From positions 6,369 through 70,368 of the forward strand of contig CAYOQG010000001.1 of the NCBI GenBank assembly GCA_964405925.1: a DNA stretch of 64,000 bases. Reading direction: 5' to 3'. Positions 1 to 10,700 of this stretch are shown here, in pieces. Numbering within the stretch: the stretch's first letter is position 1; each line of letters starts with the position of its first letter. Source of the DNA: an uncultured Phycisphaeraceae bacterium (GTDB taxonomy: Bacteria; Planctomycetota; Phycisphaerae; UBA1845). The notes under the pieces were generated by a model. It was given only the letters and a program-made list of their open reading frames with translations, was not told where the DNA came from and ran no database searches. The position numbers and the translations under genes are program-made.

Positions 1-111
1 CGGAGTGAATAAGACGCTCGATCCCCCACGCGGCATGTGTTGTCACGTCGGATGGCGGTGATGACACCGAGGGATTTTCTTACCACACCCGATAGGGAGG
101 AGACGTTACAA

Positions 112-1248
112 ATGGCGAAGCGAACTCAACGAAAGGCTGGAATCGTCCGCAGACCCCAGAAACGTCGCTGGACTCTTCTTGCCTACATTGCTGCAGACAA
201 CAACCTGAGTGATGCTGGACTGAAAGACATCCGGGAGATGTGCAAAGAGGGTTCGGCTCCACACGTCCACGTCGGTGTGGAGATCGACACGTATGGCGCA
301 TACACTGGTTCCATACGGTACGAAATCACGGAACCTGACTGGACCGGCAGGGCCCACCGCATCGTGATACAACGCTTGCCAGAAAAGGACTCCGGTGATC
401 CTCTGCCACTTACGGACTTCCTGCGTTGGGGGCTGAAGCGATATCCCGCACAGAACCGCCTTGTTGTGGTGTGGAATCATGGTGCCGGGTTTCGGGCCCC
501 CCGTCGTGACATCGGGTACGACGACTTTGGTTCATCCTTGAATATGCCGGAGATTGAAAAGGCTTTCAGCCGGTCCGGGATCAACGCAAAGAACAGACTG
601 CAAATTGTCGGGTTTGATGCGTGCTTGATGAACATGCTTGAAGTGGTTCACCATTTCCATAACCAGGTCGAGATCGTCGTCGGTTCACAGCAGACAGAGC
701 CGGGGGATGGCTGGCCCTACGATCACGTGCTCAAACGGGTGAAGAGCGCCCGCACGGGCAAGGAGCTCGCCCACGGAATTGTAGGAGAATATATGGCCGA
801 TTATCGCCGCATGGGTGTGGCCAATGTCACACAGTCAGCCGTGCTGACGGCAGGCACTCAGGCCGTTGTCCGCGCTGTTAGCAACCTGGGAGGTGCACTT
901 CTGCGGGACATAAGCGGAATCCGGGACGATATACGCGCAATCCGAGTCAGGACGCAGTCATTTCATATGGCTGACTACGTGGATCTCATTCACCTTGCCA
1001 GGTTGATTGAAGGGAGGTTCACGGACACTCGTATCCGGGCAGCAGCCAGAGATGTCGTGACGGCAACGAGGGCATGCATACTCGTCAACGGCAAGTCCGG
1101 ATCAAGTGTTCAAAACGCGAATGGGCTGTCGATTTGGTTTCCCGCGTCCGCCTCGCTTTACTCTCAAAACCGGGCAAAGTACATGGAACTGAAATGTAAC
1201 GCCGCTCGATTTCGGTGGACAGATTTCCTGGATGCGTATCACACGTAG
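112..1248 (+). CDS. Clostripain-like cysteine peptidase (MEROPS C11 family)
   Basis: ORF 37..1248. The translation carries the C11 catalytic dyad context VVVWNHGAGF (His-Gly) and GFDACLMNMLEV (Cys). ATG at 112 is preceded by GGGAGGAG 8-9 nt upstream, so I prefer it to the ORF-track start at 37. No obvious signal peptide. Confidence 0.7.
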   Translation: MAKRTQRKAGIVRRPQKRRWTLLAYIAADNNLSDAGLKDIREMCKEGSAPHVHVGVEIDTYGAYTGSIRYEITEPDWTGRAHRIVIQRLPEKDSGDPLPLTDFLRWGLKRYPAQNRLVVVWNHGAGFRAPRRDIGYDDFGSSLNMPEIEKAFSRSGINAKNRLQIVGFDACLMNMLEVVHHFHNQVEIVVGSQQTEPGDGWPYDHVLKRVKSARTGKELAHGIVGEYMADYRRMGVANVTQSAVLTAGTQAVVRAVSNLGGALLRDISGIRDDIRAIRVRTQSFHMADYVDLIHLARLIEGRFTDTRIRAAARDVVTATRACILVNGKSGSSVQNANGLSIWFPASASLYSQNRAKYMELKCNAARFRWTDFLDAYHT

Positions 1249-1479
1249 GCAACACCCGTTGTCACCCAACGACGGGAAACGAAACGAGAGGGCCTTGAAC
1301 GATATCAAGCAGGGGCACGAGGGTTGTTTGCACACGGCTGTGTGACTGTGCCGCCTTGGTCGAAGGGGCGGCAGTGGGATATGTCTCGACGACGGACCAC
1401 CGATAGAGACTCCGCGGCCGGGGTTGGGGATGGTTCGTCGTCCGAGAGGTGCGGTTTCCTCTCCCGACCTGTTGAATTG

Positions 1480-1544
1480 GGAACAGCCCGCTTTATCGGT
1501 CTGTGATGGTCGCACCCGTTGGGTCGCGCCAGGCGGGCTGTTCC
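1480..1544. repeat. Perfect 12-bp inverted repeat (GGAACAGCCCGC ... GCGGGCTGTTCC) closing a 41-nt loop
   Basis: GGAACAGCCCGC at 1480..1491 and its exact reverse complement at 1533..1544, read directly. It lies in the roughly 650-nt gap between the C11 peptidase and the response regulator. Confidence 0.6.
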
Positions 1545-1649
1545 TGGCGTGATTGGTGGACATATCCTAGACTTAATCCGTGGTTTTGGCGGGCCGCCTG
1601 TGCAACGCGGTTCGCGATTGCAAGCCACATGGGGGAGGGAAAGGAGAAC

Positions 1650-1937
1650 ATGCCGGCTAAGCGTGCGCAGCCCGTGTGTCGGCTACGCTGCACACTGCTC
1701 AAGGTGTCTTCAAGCGGCAACGCGCCCCTCTTCCAATTGTCCGTGCCATGTGGGTCTCAGCTTGAGAGTCCCGTTTTCAGCGATTGGCTGATAGCAGCAA
1801 TTGCGCGACCGCGTGGGGAAGACCCACAGGGTGCAATCCGTGGGTTTGAGCTACCGCGGCTCCGTTTGGCAGTTGCGTTGGGCGAAGGAAGGAACTATGA
1901 CGAGCGAGGCACTGCGGATTCTTCTGGCCGATCATGA
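1650..1937 (+). CDS. Hypothetical small protein (96 aa), uncertain
   Basis: Internal ATG of ORF 1503..1937, preceded by a strong SD-like tract GGGAGGGAAAGGAGAAC. It overlaps the response-regulator start by about 40 nt. No recognisable domain. Confidence 0.3.
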   Translation: MPAKRAQPVCRLRCTLLKVSSSGNAPLFQLSVPCGSQLESPVFSDWLIAAIARPRGEDPQGAIRGFELPRLRLAVALGEGRNYDERGTADSSGRS

Positions 1938-2376
1938 ACCCTCAAGTCGACAGGCACTGTTCCGAGAGCTGGAACGGGCGGGTCACACCGTACAAATTGC
2001 CGACGACGGCGAAGACGTTCTTCTGTTGTGCGACCTCGACCCACCGGACGTCTTGATCATGGACGTCGATCTCCCGGACATTGACGGGTTTGAGGTGTGC
2101 GAGTGCGTCCGCCGTCAGGCCCGCGGCGCGGATCTCACGATCATCGTCATCGCTCAGCCGACAAACCGGATGACCCGGACCTATCTCGGGCAGATGGTCA
2201 AGTACGTGGATGGTGACTACTTCTTCGCAAAACCGTGCGACACCAAGGTGCTGATCGAACTGCTGGACGACCTTTCCACCTGTCCTGAAGGCCCGACGGA
2301 AGCTCGAAGCCCCGGCTTCCCGACGCACGTAACCTGGCCGTCCTCCCGCCCCCGCGCATGTGGGGTGCGGGCCTGA
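1897..2376 (+). CDS. Single-domain response regulator (CheY-like receiver)
   Basis: The translation LRILLADHEPSSRQALFRELERAGHTVQIADDGEDVLLLCDLDPPDVLIMDVDLPDIDGFEV ... FAKP shows the acidic pocket, the phospho-acceptor Asp context (IMDVDLP) and the conserved Lys-Pro. ATG at 1897 is preceded by GAAGGAAGGAA. Confidence 0.8.
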   Translation: MTSEALRILLADHEPSSRQALFRELERAGHTVQIADDGEDVLLLCDLDPPDVLIMDVDLPDIDGFEVCECVRRQARGADLTIIVIAQPTNRMTRTYLGQMVKYVDGDYFFAKPCDTKVLIELLDDLSTCPEGPTEARSPGFPTHVTWPSSRPRACGVRA

Positions 2377-2497
2377 CACTCAGCCGGATGCTCCGGGACC
2401 ACTTGGTTTGATGAGTGGCACGGTCCCGCCAAGCCCGGTCCGTGGTGCCAGCTTCCAACACGGGTCCGCCGGAAGCGGACCTGTCCCACCCAACCCC

Positions 2498-3112
2498 TTA
2501 GCGATCCTTGGACGCATCTTCCGCATCCGCTTTAGTGCTGAGCTCGTGTTCGCGGGCTTCTACGAGGACTCCCAGCCAAAGGGCCTCGCCGCCGGCAGCG
2601 ATGAGCATGGCCGGCACGACCCAGGTGAGGAAGGCATGCCAGGCCTGGACTAAGGGCATCGGGATGACGCTGATGCCGATGGCCAACCCGAGAGCAACGG
2701 CGATCGCCGGCGGCTCGAGCAGGTTGAGTACCACACCGACCCGCATTCGCCAACTCGGCCCGTGGCCGTTCCCAGCCGCCGGCAGGCCGAATCCCCCTGA
2801 CAGATCCGGCAAAACCCTCAGGGCAATCCCCATGCTGACACCACATAAAGCGACGCCGACAAGCACGGCCACAAGCCATTGACCGAGGGCCATCAACGCC
2901 ATAAGGATCAGCAAGTTGTTGGCGGCAATGACCGCTGCTCTATGCACCCAAGAGCGTGAGCTCAGGTGCAGCAACATGACCCGCGCCAACCACCACCTTA
3001 CCAGGCGGACCAGGGCGAACGACCCGGTCGCGGCGGTGGCCCAACCGACCCAGACGGCGACCACCATGAGGACGGTCCCGGCCAGGGCGCAACCCCAAAA
3101 CGATCCTATCAT
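2498..3112 (-). CDS. Polytopic inner-membrane protein, unknown function
   Basis: 204-aa ORF made almost entirely of hydrophobic helices (for example GTVLMVVAVWVGWATAATG, LLILMALMALGQWLVAVLVGVALCGV). No recognisable family. Confidence 0.5.
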   Translation of the reverse strand: MIGSFWGCALAGTVLMVVAVWVGWATAATGSFALVRLVRWWLARVMLLHLSSRSWVHRAAVIAANNLLILMALMALGQWLVAVLVGVALCGVSMGIALRVLPDLSGGFGLPAAGNGHGPSWRMRVGVVLNLLEPPAIAVALGLAIGISVIPMPLVQAWHAFLTWVVPAMLIAAGGEALWLGVLVEAREHELSTKADAEDASKDR

Positions 3113-3316
3113 GCAACAGTAGTACTACGCCCCGGCGATACCCGGCAAGGGGTCCAGACGAATCCGGCTTTCTTGTCGTGCCTCCGCCCCGGTATAGGCA
3201 ACGTGTAGTGACCTCGTGACACGCGCTTCTCTCGAATCAGCGGCCCATTGCCCCTCGTCCGTTCCCATTGAATCGAGGACCCCCCGTATTACACTCCACC
3301 GGCGTTCCACGGTGAA

Positions 3317-4318
3317 GTGGCGGGCTGGGCCGGTGCCCAGAGGCAGGCGGATATGGATGCACATGATTCCACGGACCGGACGGGTACCCAGTTTGCTATC
3401 CGACCGATCCCTGCCGCCCATCCTGACTTCCGGCTTGCCTTATATCGGGTGTTCGACATAGACCCTGCGGCTAGGGGCGGATCGCAGCCTCAGCGATGTT
3501 TGCCATTGCTGGGCGCCAGTCTGGGAGGGCGTGACCGTCAGGATTTCCTCCTCGGTGCCTATGACCAGCGGCGATTGGTCACTGCATGTTTGACACTGGT
3601 TTCGCCCGGCGCGGCTGCGATGGTGATGATCCCTCCCGGTGAGTGGCGGAGTGGGGAACGGGAGGCTCTGGCCGATCTGCTAGGGGCCGTTAAGACGGAG
3701 GCTTGGAAACGCTCGCTCGCCCTGCTCGAACTGCTGGTGGAACCAGGCCATTGCATGATTGCGGAAGCCTTGAGCGCGGCCGGTTTTCGCCATCTGACCC
3801 GTCTTGTCTATCTTCGTCGAATGGTGGCCGAGCCACACATTATGTCTGTTCGGGAGGACGACATCCAGTGGGTGCAGTACGCGCCGGAGACTGAGTCGCT
3901 GTTCCTCAGCACACTGGAACAGACGTACGTCCAAAGTCTGGACTGTCCAGAACTTACGGGGATCCGGACGACCGCCGACGTACTGGCTGGGCACCGCGCA
4001 GTGGGCCAGTTCGATCCTTCACTTTGGTGGGTTGCGAAACGACGCCAAGAGCTTGTTGGGCTTATCCTGCTTAACAGGATTCCCAACGACGCAGGTCTGG
4101 AGGTAGTGTACGTGGGTGTCGTGTGTTCCGCCCGCGGAACAGGTGTTGCTGATGCATTGCTTGCCCGGGGGATAGAGCTGGCTGCCCGGGTCGGTGCCAA
4201 AGAGCTGGCATTGGCGGTTGATTGTCGGAACGCGCCCGCCCGCCGGATTTACCATCGGTGGGGTTTCGTTGAGACCGGGCAGCGTGAAGCCTGGATTGCA
4301 TCCGTTCCCCCAATATGA
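3317..4318 (+). CDS. GNAT-family N-acetyltransferase with N-terminal extension
   Basis: The C-terminal part VYVGVVCSARGTGVADALLARGIELAARVGAKELALAVDCRNAPARRIYHRWGFVETG matches the acetyl-CoA-binding motif A (Q/RxxGxG/A) and the beta-bulge region of GNAT enzymes. The true start could be the ATG at 3353. Confidence 0.7.
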   Translation: MAGWAGAQRQADMDAHDSTDRTGTQFAIRPIPAAHPDFRLALYRVFDIDPAARGGSQPQRCLPLLGASLGGRDRQDFLLGAYDQRRLVTACLTLVSPGAAAMVMIPPGEWRSGEREALADLLGAVKTEAWKRSLALLELLVEPGHCMIAEALSAAGFRHLTRLVYLRRMVAEPHIMSVREDDIQWVQYAPETESLFLSTLEQTYVQSLDCPELTGIRTTADVLAGHRAVGQFDPSLWWVAKRRQELVGLILLNRIPNDAGLEVVYVGVVCSARGTGVADALLARGIELAARVGAKELALAVDCRNAPARRIYHRWGFVETGQREAWIASVPPI

Positions 4319-4459
4319 GGCGGCTAGCGGGTGCGTTTGGCCGACCGGGGGCTTTCCACAATCGCTGCCGATCGGTGGGGAAAAAAAACTTTATTGCGGT
4401 AACCCCTTGTAATAAGGAAAGCAGCGGTGCGGCAAACGATGTGCGTCGGAAATCTGTTG

Positions 4460-4488
4460 TTGACGAACTCCAAGGCACCTGCTAGTTT
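4460..4488 (+). promoter_or_regulatory. Candidate sigma70-type promoter upstream of dnaA
   Basis: TTGACG (4460..4465), a 17-nt spacer, then TAGTTT (4483..4488). The -10 element is weak. Confidence 0.2.
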
Positions 4489-4531
4489 GCGCAGTTGCTG
4501 AATCATCCGGCGACGAGTTAGGAAGCGCGGT

Positions 4532-4560
4532 CGGGGCACTTCGGCCCCGTTGTTGGGTTT
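4532..4560 (+). other. Small GC hairpin with T-rich tail in the dnaA leader
   Basis: CGGGGC (4532..4537), loop ACTTCG, GCCCCG (4544..4549), followed by TTGTTGGGTTT. Terminator-like shape about 80 nt upstream of the dnaA start. Confidence 0.3.
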
Positions 4561-4641
4561 GGACTTCTTCTCCTGATTATTTCGGAAAGTAGGTACGTTC
4601 CCTAATTATTCGGGGTTCCTTTCATTAAGAAGGAGCTGACA

Positions 4642-6093
4642 GTGATCACGTGCGCCGAGGATGCGATATCGTTGGTGGAGTCACGAATCGCTGAGAAGAT
4701 CGGTCCGCAGCGATTCAACGTATGGTTCAAGAACGCGACACGATTTACCATCACAGAGGACTACTTGCGAGTTAGCGCACCGAACCATTTTGTGGTTGAA
4801 TGGATCGAGCGCCATTTTGCGGATGTCATCAATGAGGCCGCCCGCGAGGTGACCGGTCGCGACTTTGTGCTGAGCTTCGCGATCGATCCGAAGTTGGCCA
4901 AAGAGCTTGGGAAGAAACAGCCCGACCGTCAGGTCGAGTTTGTAGCCAACAATCCGGAGCGTCTTGCCCGACAGCACAAGCGCGGGAGTGGTGCTCTACA
5001 CGCTGGTTTGGGTCTTAAGGGTAAGATGGAGGACTTCGTCGTTGGGGAGTCAAACCGTCTCGCCTTCGTCGCCGCAAGCCACGTGATCGAGAATCCGGGC
5101 AATCAGTATAACCCCTTGTTTCTCCACGGTGGGTGCGGTCTGGGCAAGACGCACTTACTGCACGGAATCTGCAACGGGCTGCGCGAACGACACCCCGATC
5201 TGCGATGGCGCTACGTCTCCGGTGAGGAGTTCACCAATGACTACGTCTACGCGGTCAAGGCTCGAGAGACGGATACGTTCCACGGACGGTATCGAAATGT
5301 CGACGCCCTGGTCATCGATGACGTGCACTTTTTGGCCAACAAACGGGCCACGCAGGAGGAATTCCTGCATACCGTCAAGGCGATTGATGGAGCCGGAAAG
5401 CAGATCGTTCTCGCCTCGGACGCCCATCCCAAGATGATTGGCTACTTGTCCGAATCACTGGTGAGCCGGTTCCTGGCGGGGATGGTTGTGCGTATCGAAT
5501 CGCCCGATGCAGAAGTCCGCGTGGGTGTGCTCCGTCAGCGGGCGAAGCGCCTGCACGTAGACATCAGCGAGCCGGTCATCAACTACATTGCCGAGAACTT
5601 CCGGGCGAACATCCGAGAGCTGGAGGGGGCGTTGCTTAAGGTTGTTGCCCAGGCGCAGGTGGGTGGCCAGCCGGTCACCCTCCCCCTGGCTGAGCGGGCC
5701 ATCCGCGATCTTATACGGCAGACCGCTCCGGTGGTGATGCTCTCCGACATCGAAAGCGTTGTGGCGATTTACTTTGGCCTAACGCCGGCCGATCTCCATA
5801 CGTCGCGGAAGTCACGGACGATCGCCCTCGCTCGCGGGATCGCGATGTATCTCGCGAGAAAGCATACGGACATGAGCTTTCCGGAGATCGGCCGGTTTAT
5901 GGGCAACAAGAATCACTCCACGGTCATTCTTGCCAACCGCCGTATATCGAGGATGCTCCAGGCGAACGAGACGGTCCGTTGGATGACCCCCGTTGGCCAA
6001 AAAGAGCAAAACCTCGCCGCGCTGGTCGATGAGTTGGAGGAGCAATGCTGCGGTCAGAAACCTGTGGAGGGTTTAGAGCCCTGCCACGTGTAA
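4642..6093 (+). CDS. dnaA: Chromosomal replication initiator protein DnaA
   Basis: 483 aa. AAA+ Walker A GGCGLGKTHLLHGI, Walker B LVIDDVHFL, sensor and box VII region, and a C-terminal DNA-binding domain (RTIALARGIAMYLARKHTDMSFPEIGRFMGNKNHSTV). GTG start at 4642 has AAGGAG 7 nt upstream. Confidence 0.97.
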   Translation: MITCAEDAISLVESRIAEKIGPQRFNVWFKNATRFTITEDYLRVSAPNHFVVEWIERHFADVINEAAREVTGRDFVLSFAIDPKLAKELGKKQPDRQVEFVANNPERLARQHKRGSGALHAGLGLKGKMEDFVVGESNRLAFVAASHVIENPGNQYNPLFLHGGCGLGKTHLLHGICNGLRERHPDLRWRYVSGEEFTNDYVYAVKARETDTFHGRYRNVDALVIDDVHFLANKRATQEEFLHTVKAIDGAGKQIVLASDAHPKMIGYLSESLVSRFLAGMVVRIESPDAEVRVGVLRQRAKRLHVDISEPVINYIAENFRANIRELEGALLKVVAQAQVGGQPVTLPLAERAIRDLIRQTAPVVMLSDIESVVAIYFGLTPADLHTSRKSRTIALARGIAMYLARKHTDMSFPEIGRFMGNKNHSTVILANRRISRMLQANETVRWMTPVGQKEQNLAALVDELEEQCCGQKPVEGLEPCHV

Positions 6094-6171
6094 CACAGCG
6101 TGGCACGCTTTCCGACATGTGTGTTTAGCCGGGTTCTCGAGATTGGGCGCTGAGCCACAGGCGAAGCGACA

Positions 6172-7794
6172 CTATGGAACGACCTCCGGCTTGCCGTTCA
6201 GGGTTGTTGGATAGATGCCTGCGGCGGCGTTCAGGTCGGACCAAGCCTGGCGGAGGCGGATACGGGATAGTGCCAGGTTCACGTCAGCTTGGATGAAATC
6301 ACGTTGGGCTTCGTTCAACCGCGTCAGCGACTCCTTGCCTGCCAGATACGCAGCCCGGATGAGCCGGCGGCTTTCGCGAGCGGTCTCCAATGTTTCGCGT
6401 TGGAGGCGTATCTGCTGTTGTGCATCGCGAAGGGCAATGATGGCTTGCCTGACCTGAGCTTGGACGGTAAGCCGCCCCCGCTTCAGGGCGGCTGCCGCCT
6501 CCGCCCGTGCACTTTCTGCAGCACGGATCTGGGCAAGACGGCTCCCACCGGTATACAGTTCCCAGCGGACTTCCAGACCCGCCAGGGACGACTGATCGTC
6601 ATTGGAGTAACGCACGGTCGAGTCCCGATCGAACCCCCAGGTACCGCTCACCCCGACGGCCGGGCTATACAGCCCCTTCGCCACACGCACCCGCTGCTGC
6701 TCGCTATCGAGAACCTCCTCCAACTGCCGAAGGTCGGGTCGATTACGCAGGGCCTGCTCGATCCAGGATTCGGGCTCCGGTAGAACGGCTTCCTCCTTCG
6801 TCTCCTCCGTCAATGGTGACAGCATTACGTCATCAGGAAGTGCCACCTCCTCCAGACCCATCAGCTCTGCCAAGACAACTCGACCCGTCTCCAATAGCCC
6901 CGCTGCCGTCGTCAAGTCCGCCTTCGCAGCCAGGACCCGAACCCGGAAGTTGTCGACGTCCGCCTGGGAGGCTCTGCCGGCTTCGCTAAGCTTTTGTGTC
7001 TCTTCGAGCTGCTCACGGCTGAACGCCTCGTCAGCCCCGGCGATGCGAACCTGCTCCACGGCAAGTTGCACTTGATAGTAGGCGGAGTCGACAGCCTGGA
7101 TGATCAAGCGTCTCGTGTTGGCAAGAGAATGGGCTGCCGCCTCCTGAAGGTGCTTGGACGCCAGTAGCTGAGCCTCTCGAATGAAACCGTCGAAAATCGT
7201 CCACGTCGCCGTGATGGCTGTCGAGTGACCGCTGTACGAGTTGGTGTTGCTCTCGAGGGACCCGACACTGAGCAGCGGTTGAAAGATTGGCCGAATCAAC
7301 GCGGGGATATTCTGCAGCACGTCCGTATTCAACGTGGTGGGCGTCTGCTGGACGGCTTGCAACGCGGATGCGAGTCGCGGTCGACTGGGGGGGGTCTGGA
7401 ACGTTCTCGTGGAGGTGTGCGTCAGCCTGATCGTAGGAAAATAGCGCGAACGGGCATCCGCCACTCGAGCCCGGGCGGATTCCAGTCGGGCCTGCGCCTC
7501 ATGGATACTCGGGTTCCCGTAGAGTGCAATCTGTCGCGCGTTCTCCAACGTCAAAACGCCGTGCACCACCGATTCGATGATCTGCTCTGTTGAACCAGGG
7601 AGATCCACGGCGGGCATTTCATGTCGATCCCCACTCGCGGTTTCTGCCATGGGTTCTGTGGTGGGCTCCAAGTGCACGGATCGATTCTGCGCCGTGGTCG
7701 AACAACCCGCCAGCCCGGCCAACCCCACGAGAGAGATGGCACACACGTGGTTTTGTTGATGGCCAATCTTCATTATTCGTCTCATGCCCTTCAC
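6172..7794 (-). CDS. TolC-like outer-membrane efflux protein (OMF), lipoprotein-type signal
   Basis: 540 aa. N-terminal LVGLAGLAGCST lipobox, followed by the two long coiled-coil/beta-barrel repeats typical of OEP/TolC proteins. The GTG start overlaps the RND stop (GTGA at 7791..7794). An alternative ATG lies at 7785. Confidence 0.85.
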   Translation of the reverse strand: MKGMRRIMKIGHQQNHVCAISLVGLAGLAGCSTTAQNRSVHLEPTTEPMAETASGDRHEMPAVDLPGSTEQIIESVVHGVLTLENARQIALYGNPSIHEAQARLESARARVADARSRYFPTIRLTHTSTRTFQTPPSRPRLASALQAVQQTPTTLNTDVLQNIPALIRPIFQPLLSVGSLESNTNSYSGHSTAITATWTIFDGFIREAQLLASKHLQEAAAHSLANTRRLIIQAVDSAYYQVQLAVEQVRIAGADEAFSREQLEETQKLSEAGRASQADVDNFRVRVLAAKADLTTAAGLLETGRVVLAELMGLEEVALPDDVMLSPLTEETKEEAVLPEPESWIEQALRNRPDLRQLEEVLDSEQQRVRVAKGLYSPAVGVSGTWGFDRDSTVRYSNDDQSSLAGLEVRWELYTGGSRLAQIRAAESARAEAAAALKRGRLTVQAQVRQAIIALRDAQQQIRLQRETLETARESRRLIRAAYLAGKESLTRLNEAQRDFIQADVNLALSRIRLRQAWSDLNAAAGIYPTTLNGKPEVVP

Positions 7795-10700
7795 GAACGG
7801 GCGTCTAAAAGGGTTGCCTGCGTACGCTCGCGGGCCGCCTCCTCAACCAGTTCGGCAAGTGGGTAAGACCCGCCATGGCGAAGCCAGTACAGGAATCGCC
7901 GCAGATCATTCACGATCAAGTACATCGCCGGCACCACAAATAACGTCAAGACCGTCGCAAACGCCAACCCAAAGCCTAATGACACTGCCATCGGTTTGAC
8001 CGTTTGAGCCTGGCTGCTGGATTCGGTCAAGATGGGCAACAGCCCCGCCACGGTCGTGATCGATGTCAACGTGACGGCACGAAACCGCAACTGAGCACCA
8101 GCCAGAACGCCCTCCCAGACGGATTGCCCCTCACGAATGACACGATTGATCCCGTCCAGCAGGACCAGCGCGTCGTTGACAACAACTCCTGACAGCGCCA
8201 CGGCACCGAATAGGCTCAGGATCGTCAGATCGAATCCCAAGAGGGTATGCCCCATGACGACACCCACGAGTCCAAAGGGAACGGAAACAAGGATGACCAG
8301 CGGCTGTACGTAGGAGCGAAGCAGCGCCGCGAGAACCGCGTAGATCGCGAGGATGGCCACCACGAATCCCCGGTACAGGCTGTCGAGAGACTCCTTTATG
8401 CGTTCACGACTGCCACCGAGTTGATAGGTCATGTTGTCAAAGTCAGATACCACATCGTCGAAGAACCCCGCCTCCAGTGCCTGCAAGACGTGCTCCGCGT
8501 TGGTCCGGCGGTCGTCCACGTCCGCCATGACGCCGACGCGCCGTTTACCGTCCTCATGAAAAATGCGGGCATATCCACGGGTCCACTGCACCTTCGCCAC
8601 CTCGAAGAAAGGAACCGCGTCCCCTTTTGGTGTCATGATGCGGACATGTTCGAGATCGGCTATCGAGCGGCGCTCCCGCTCCGGAAAGCGGACCCTTACC
8701 TTGATGAGCTCCTTGCCGCGCTGGAGCTGCACGGCTTCACCCCCGTAGAAACCGTGCCGCAGTTGCCGGGCCACGTCGTCCAGCGTCAGCCCCAACGATC
8801 GTGCATCGGGATCGAGCGTAACACGAAGCTCGCGCTTCCCGGGAACGAGTTCGCTACGGATGTCGTACAGACCGTCAAAGTCGCGAAGCCGGTCTTGAAC
8901 TCGCTCTGCGGCCTCTTCGAGATCCTCCAAGTCGTTCCCGAGCAGGCGGATCTCGATCGGCGTGTCGAGCGGGCCGCGCGGTTGTCGTCCCACGGTCACC
9001 TGTGTGGCATCGTATATCGTCCCGATCGATTCGCGCCAGCGCTCGATAATCTTCTCCATGGGCATTCGCCGCTGCTCGGCCGGCATCAGTTCGACACGAA
9101 CCTCACATAAGTTGTTCCCCCTGGATGTTTTGAATCCGGCAAACTCGCCGATGAGTGAGTGAATCTGCCTCACCAGCGGGCCCTCGGCGGCGGGGCGCAG
9201 TTGCGGATCCTCGTTGAGTTGCCGGGCACAGGCTTCCAAACGTTCGACCGTCTGCTCGGTTGTGGCGATCGGTGTTCCCTCCGGGAATCGAACGCGCGCT
9301 CGGAGGATATTGCCGTCCTCCTGCGGCATCAAGATCAGCGGCGTCCGTCCACCCTCCACCAGACCTGCAACAGCCAAAAGGGCGGCGATTGCCAGTCCTA
9401 CGGTGACCAGGCGATACCGCATCGCCAGCGTAAACAGCGGGCGATACCATCCGGTGATGATCCGATCGATCAGGTCATCAATCTTGTACCGCAGACGGCT
9501 CGGACTCCCCCCCTTGCCGTCGGAAACCAACCCACCTCGATAACACAGGTGTGACGGGAGGATGCCGAACGCCTCGACGGACGACGCCACGATCGCGGCA
9601 ATCACGACGACAGGAAGAACATGAATGAACCGACCCATGACCCCCACGACATAGAGCAAAGGAATAAACGCGATAATCGTGGTGATCGAGGCACCCAAGA
9701 CCGGCAGGGCGACTCTGTTCGCCCCCTCGATAGACGCCAACTCAGGAGTGTCACCACTTCGTCGTCGGGCATGTATACTATCGGCAATGACGATCGCATC
9801 GTCCACGATGATCCCCGACACCATGATCAGGGCGAACAGGCTAATCATGTTGAGCGTCTCACCGTAGACGTGCATGATGATCAGGGCCCCGGCGAACGAG
9901 ACCGGGATGCCGATGGCCACCCAGACCGCCACCCGAAGCCTCAAAAACAGCGTCAGCGTCGCGAATACCAGGCAGATGCCCCATAATCCGTTCTCGACGA
10001 GCATGGCAATCCGGCTATCGATGTCGTGGGAGCTGTCCGCCCAGACCGACAAATGAAGTTGCTCCGGCAGCGAGGGTTGACGATCGTCGACGTACGCTCG
10101 CACGAGGCGGGCGATTTCCGTGGTGTCCTCATCCGGGGTCTTGAAGACCTCGACGACGACAGCGGGCTGGCCGTTGAAGGTCCCGCGTATGACCGTCTCC
10201 TCAAATCCTTCGCGAACGGTGGCGAGCTGGCCCAGTCGCACGACCGCATCCGCCCGCTCCCGGATGATCAGCTCTTCGTACTCTCGCGCGGCGTACCGTT
10301 GACCGGCGATCCGCAGGATGAACTCCTCGTCGGCGGTACGGATCACACCGGCGGGCACGTCCAGGCTGCTCTTGGCTACGACAGCCATGACGTCAGTGAG
10401 TGAAAGGTCGTACGCCAGTAGGGCCTCCTCGGAGACTTCAATGACGATCTCGTCGTTACGCGCACCGGAAAACGACACTTGCGAGATTTCAGGAAATGCC
10501 AGAAGGTCGTCACGAACCTGTTGGGCGGCCTGCTTCAGCGTGCGTTCTGGGAGCTGCCCGAAGACTGCCACATTGACGACTTCGGAAGGCACCACCGCCT
10601 CCCGGATGACCGGCTGGCGCGCTTCAGAGGGAAAAGTCGTGATCTGACCGACGCGCTCCCGGACTTCATCGAGAACAGTCTTCAGATCATCGACGTCTTC

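Noticed and set aside
37-111. Longer N-terminus of the C11 peptidase ORF (ORF-track start at 37).
   Set aside because: The ATG at 112 has a much better SD (GGGAGGAG). The extra 25 residues add no signal peptide or conserved sequence.
4351-4359. DnaA-box-like 9-mer CTTTCCACA upstream of dnaA.
   Set aside because: It is a single copy with two mismatches to TTATCCACA and no cluster of boxes. That is insufficient to call oriC.
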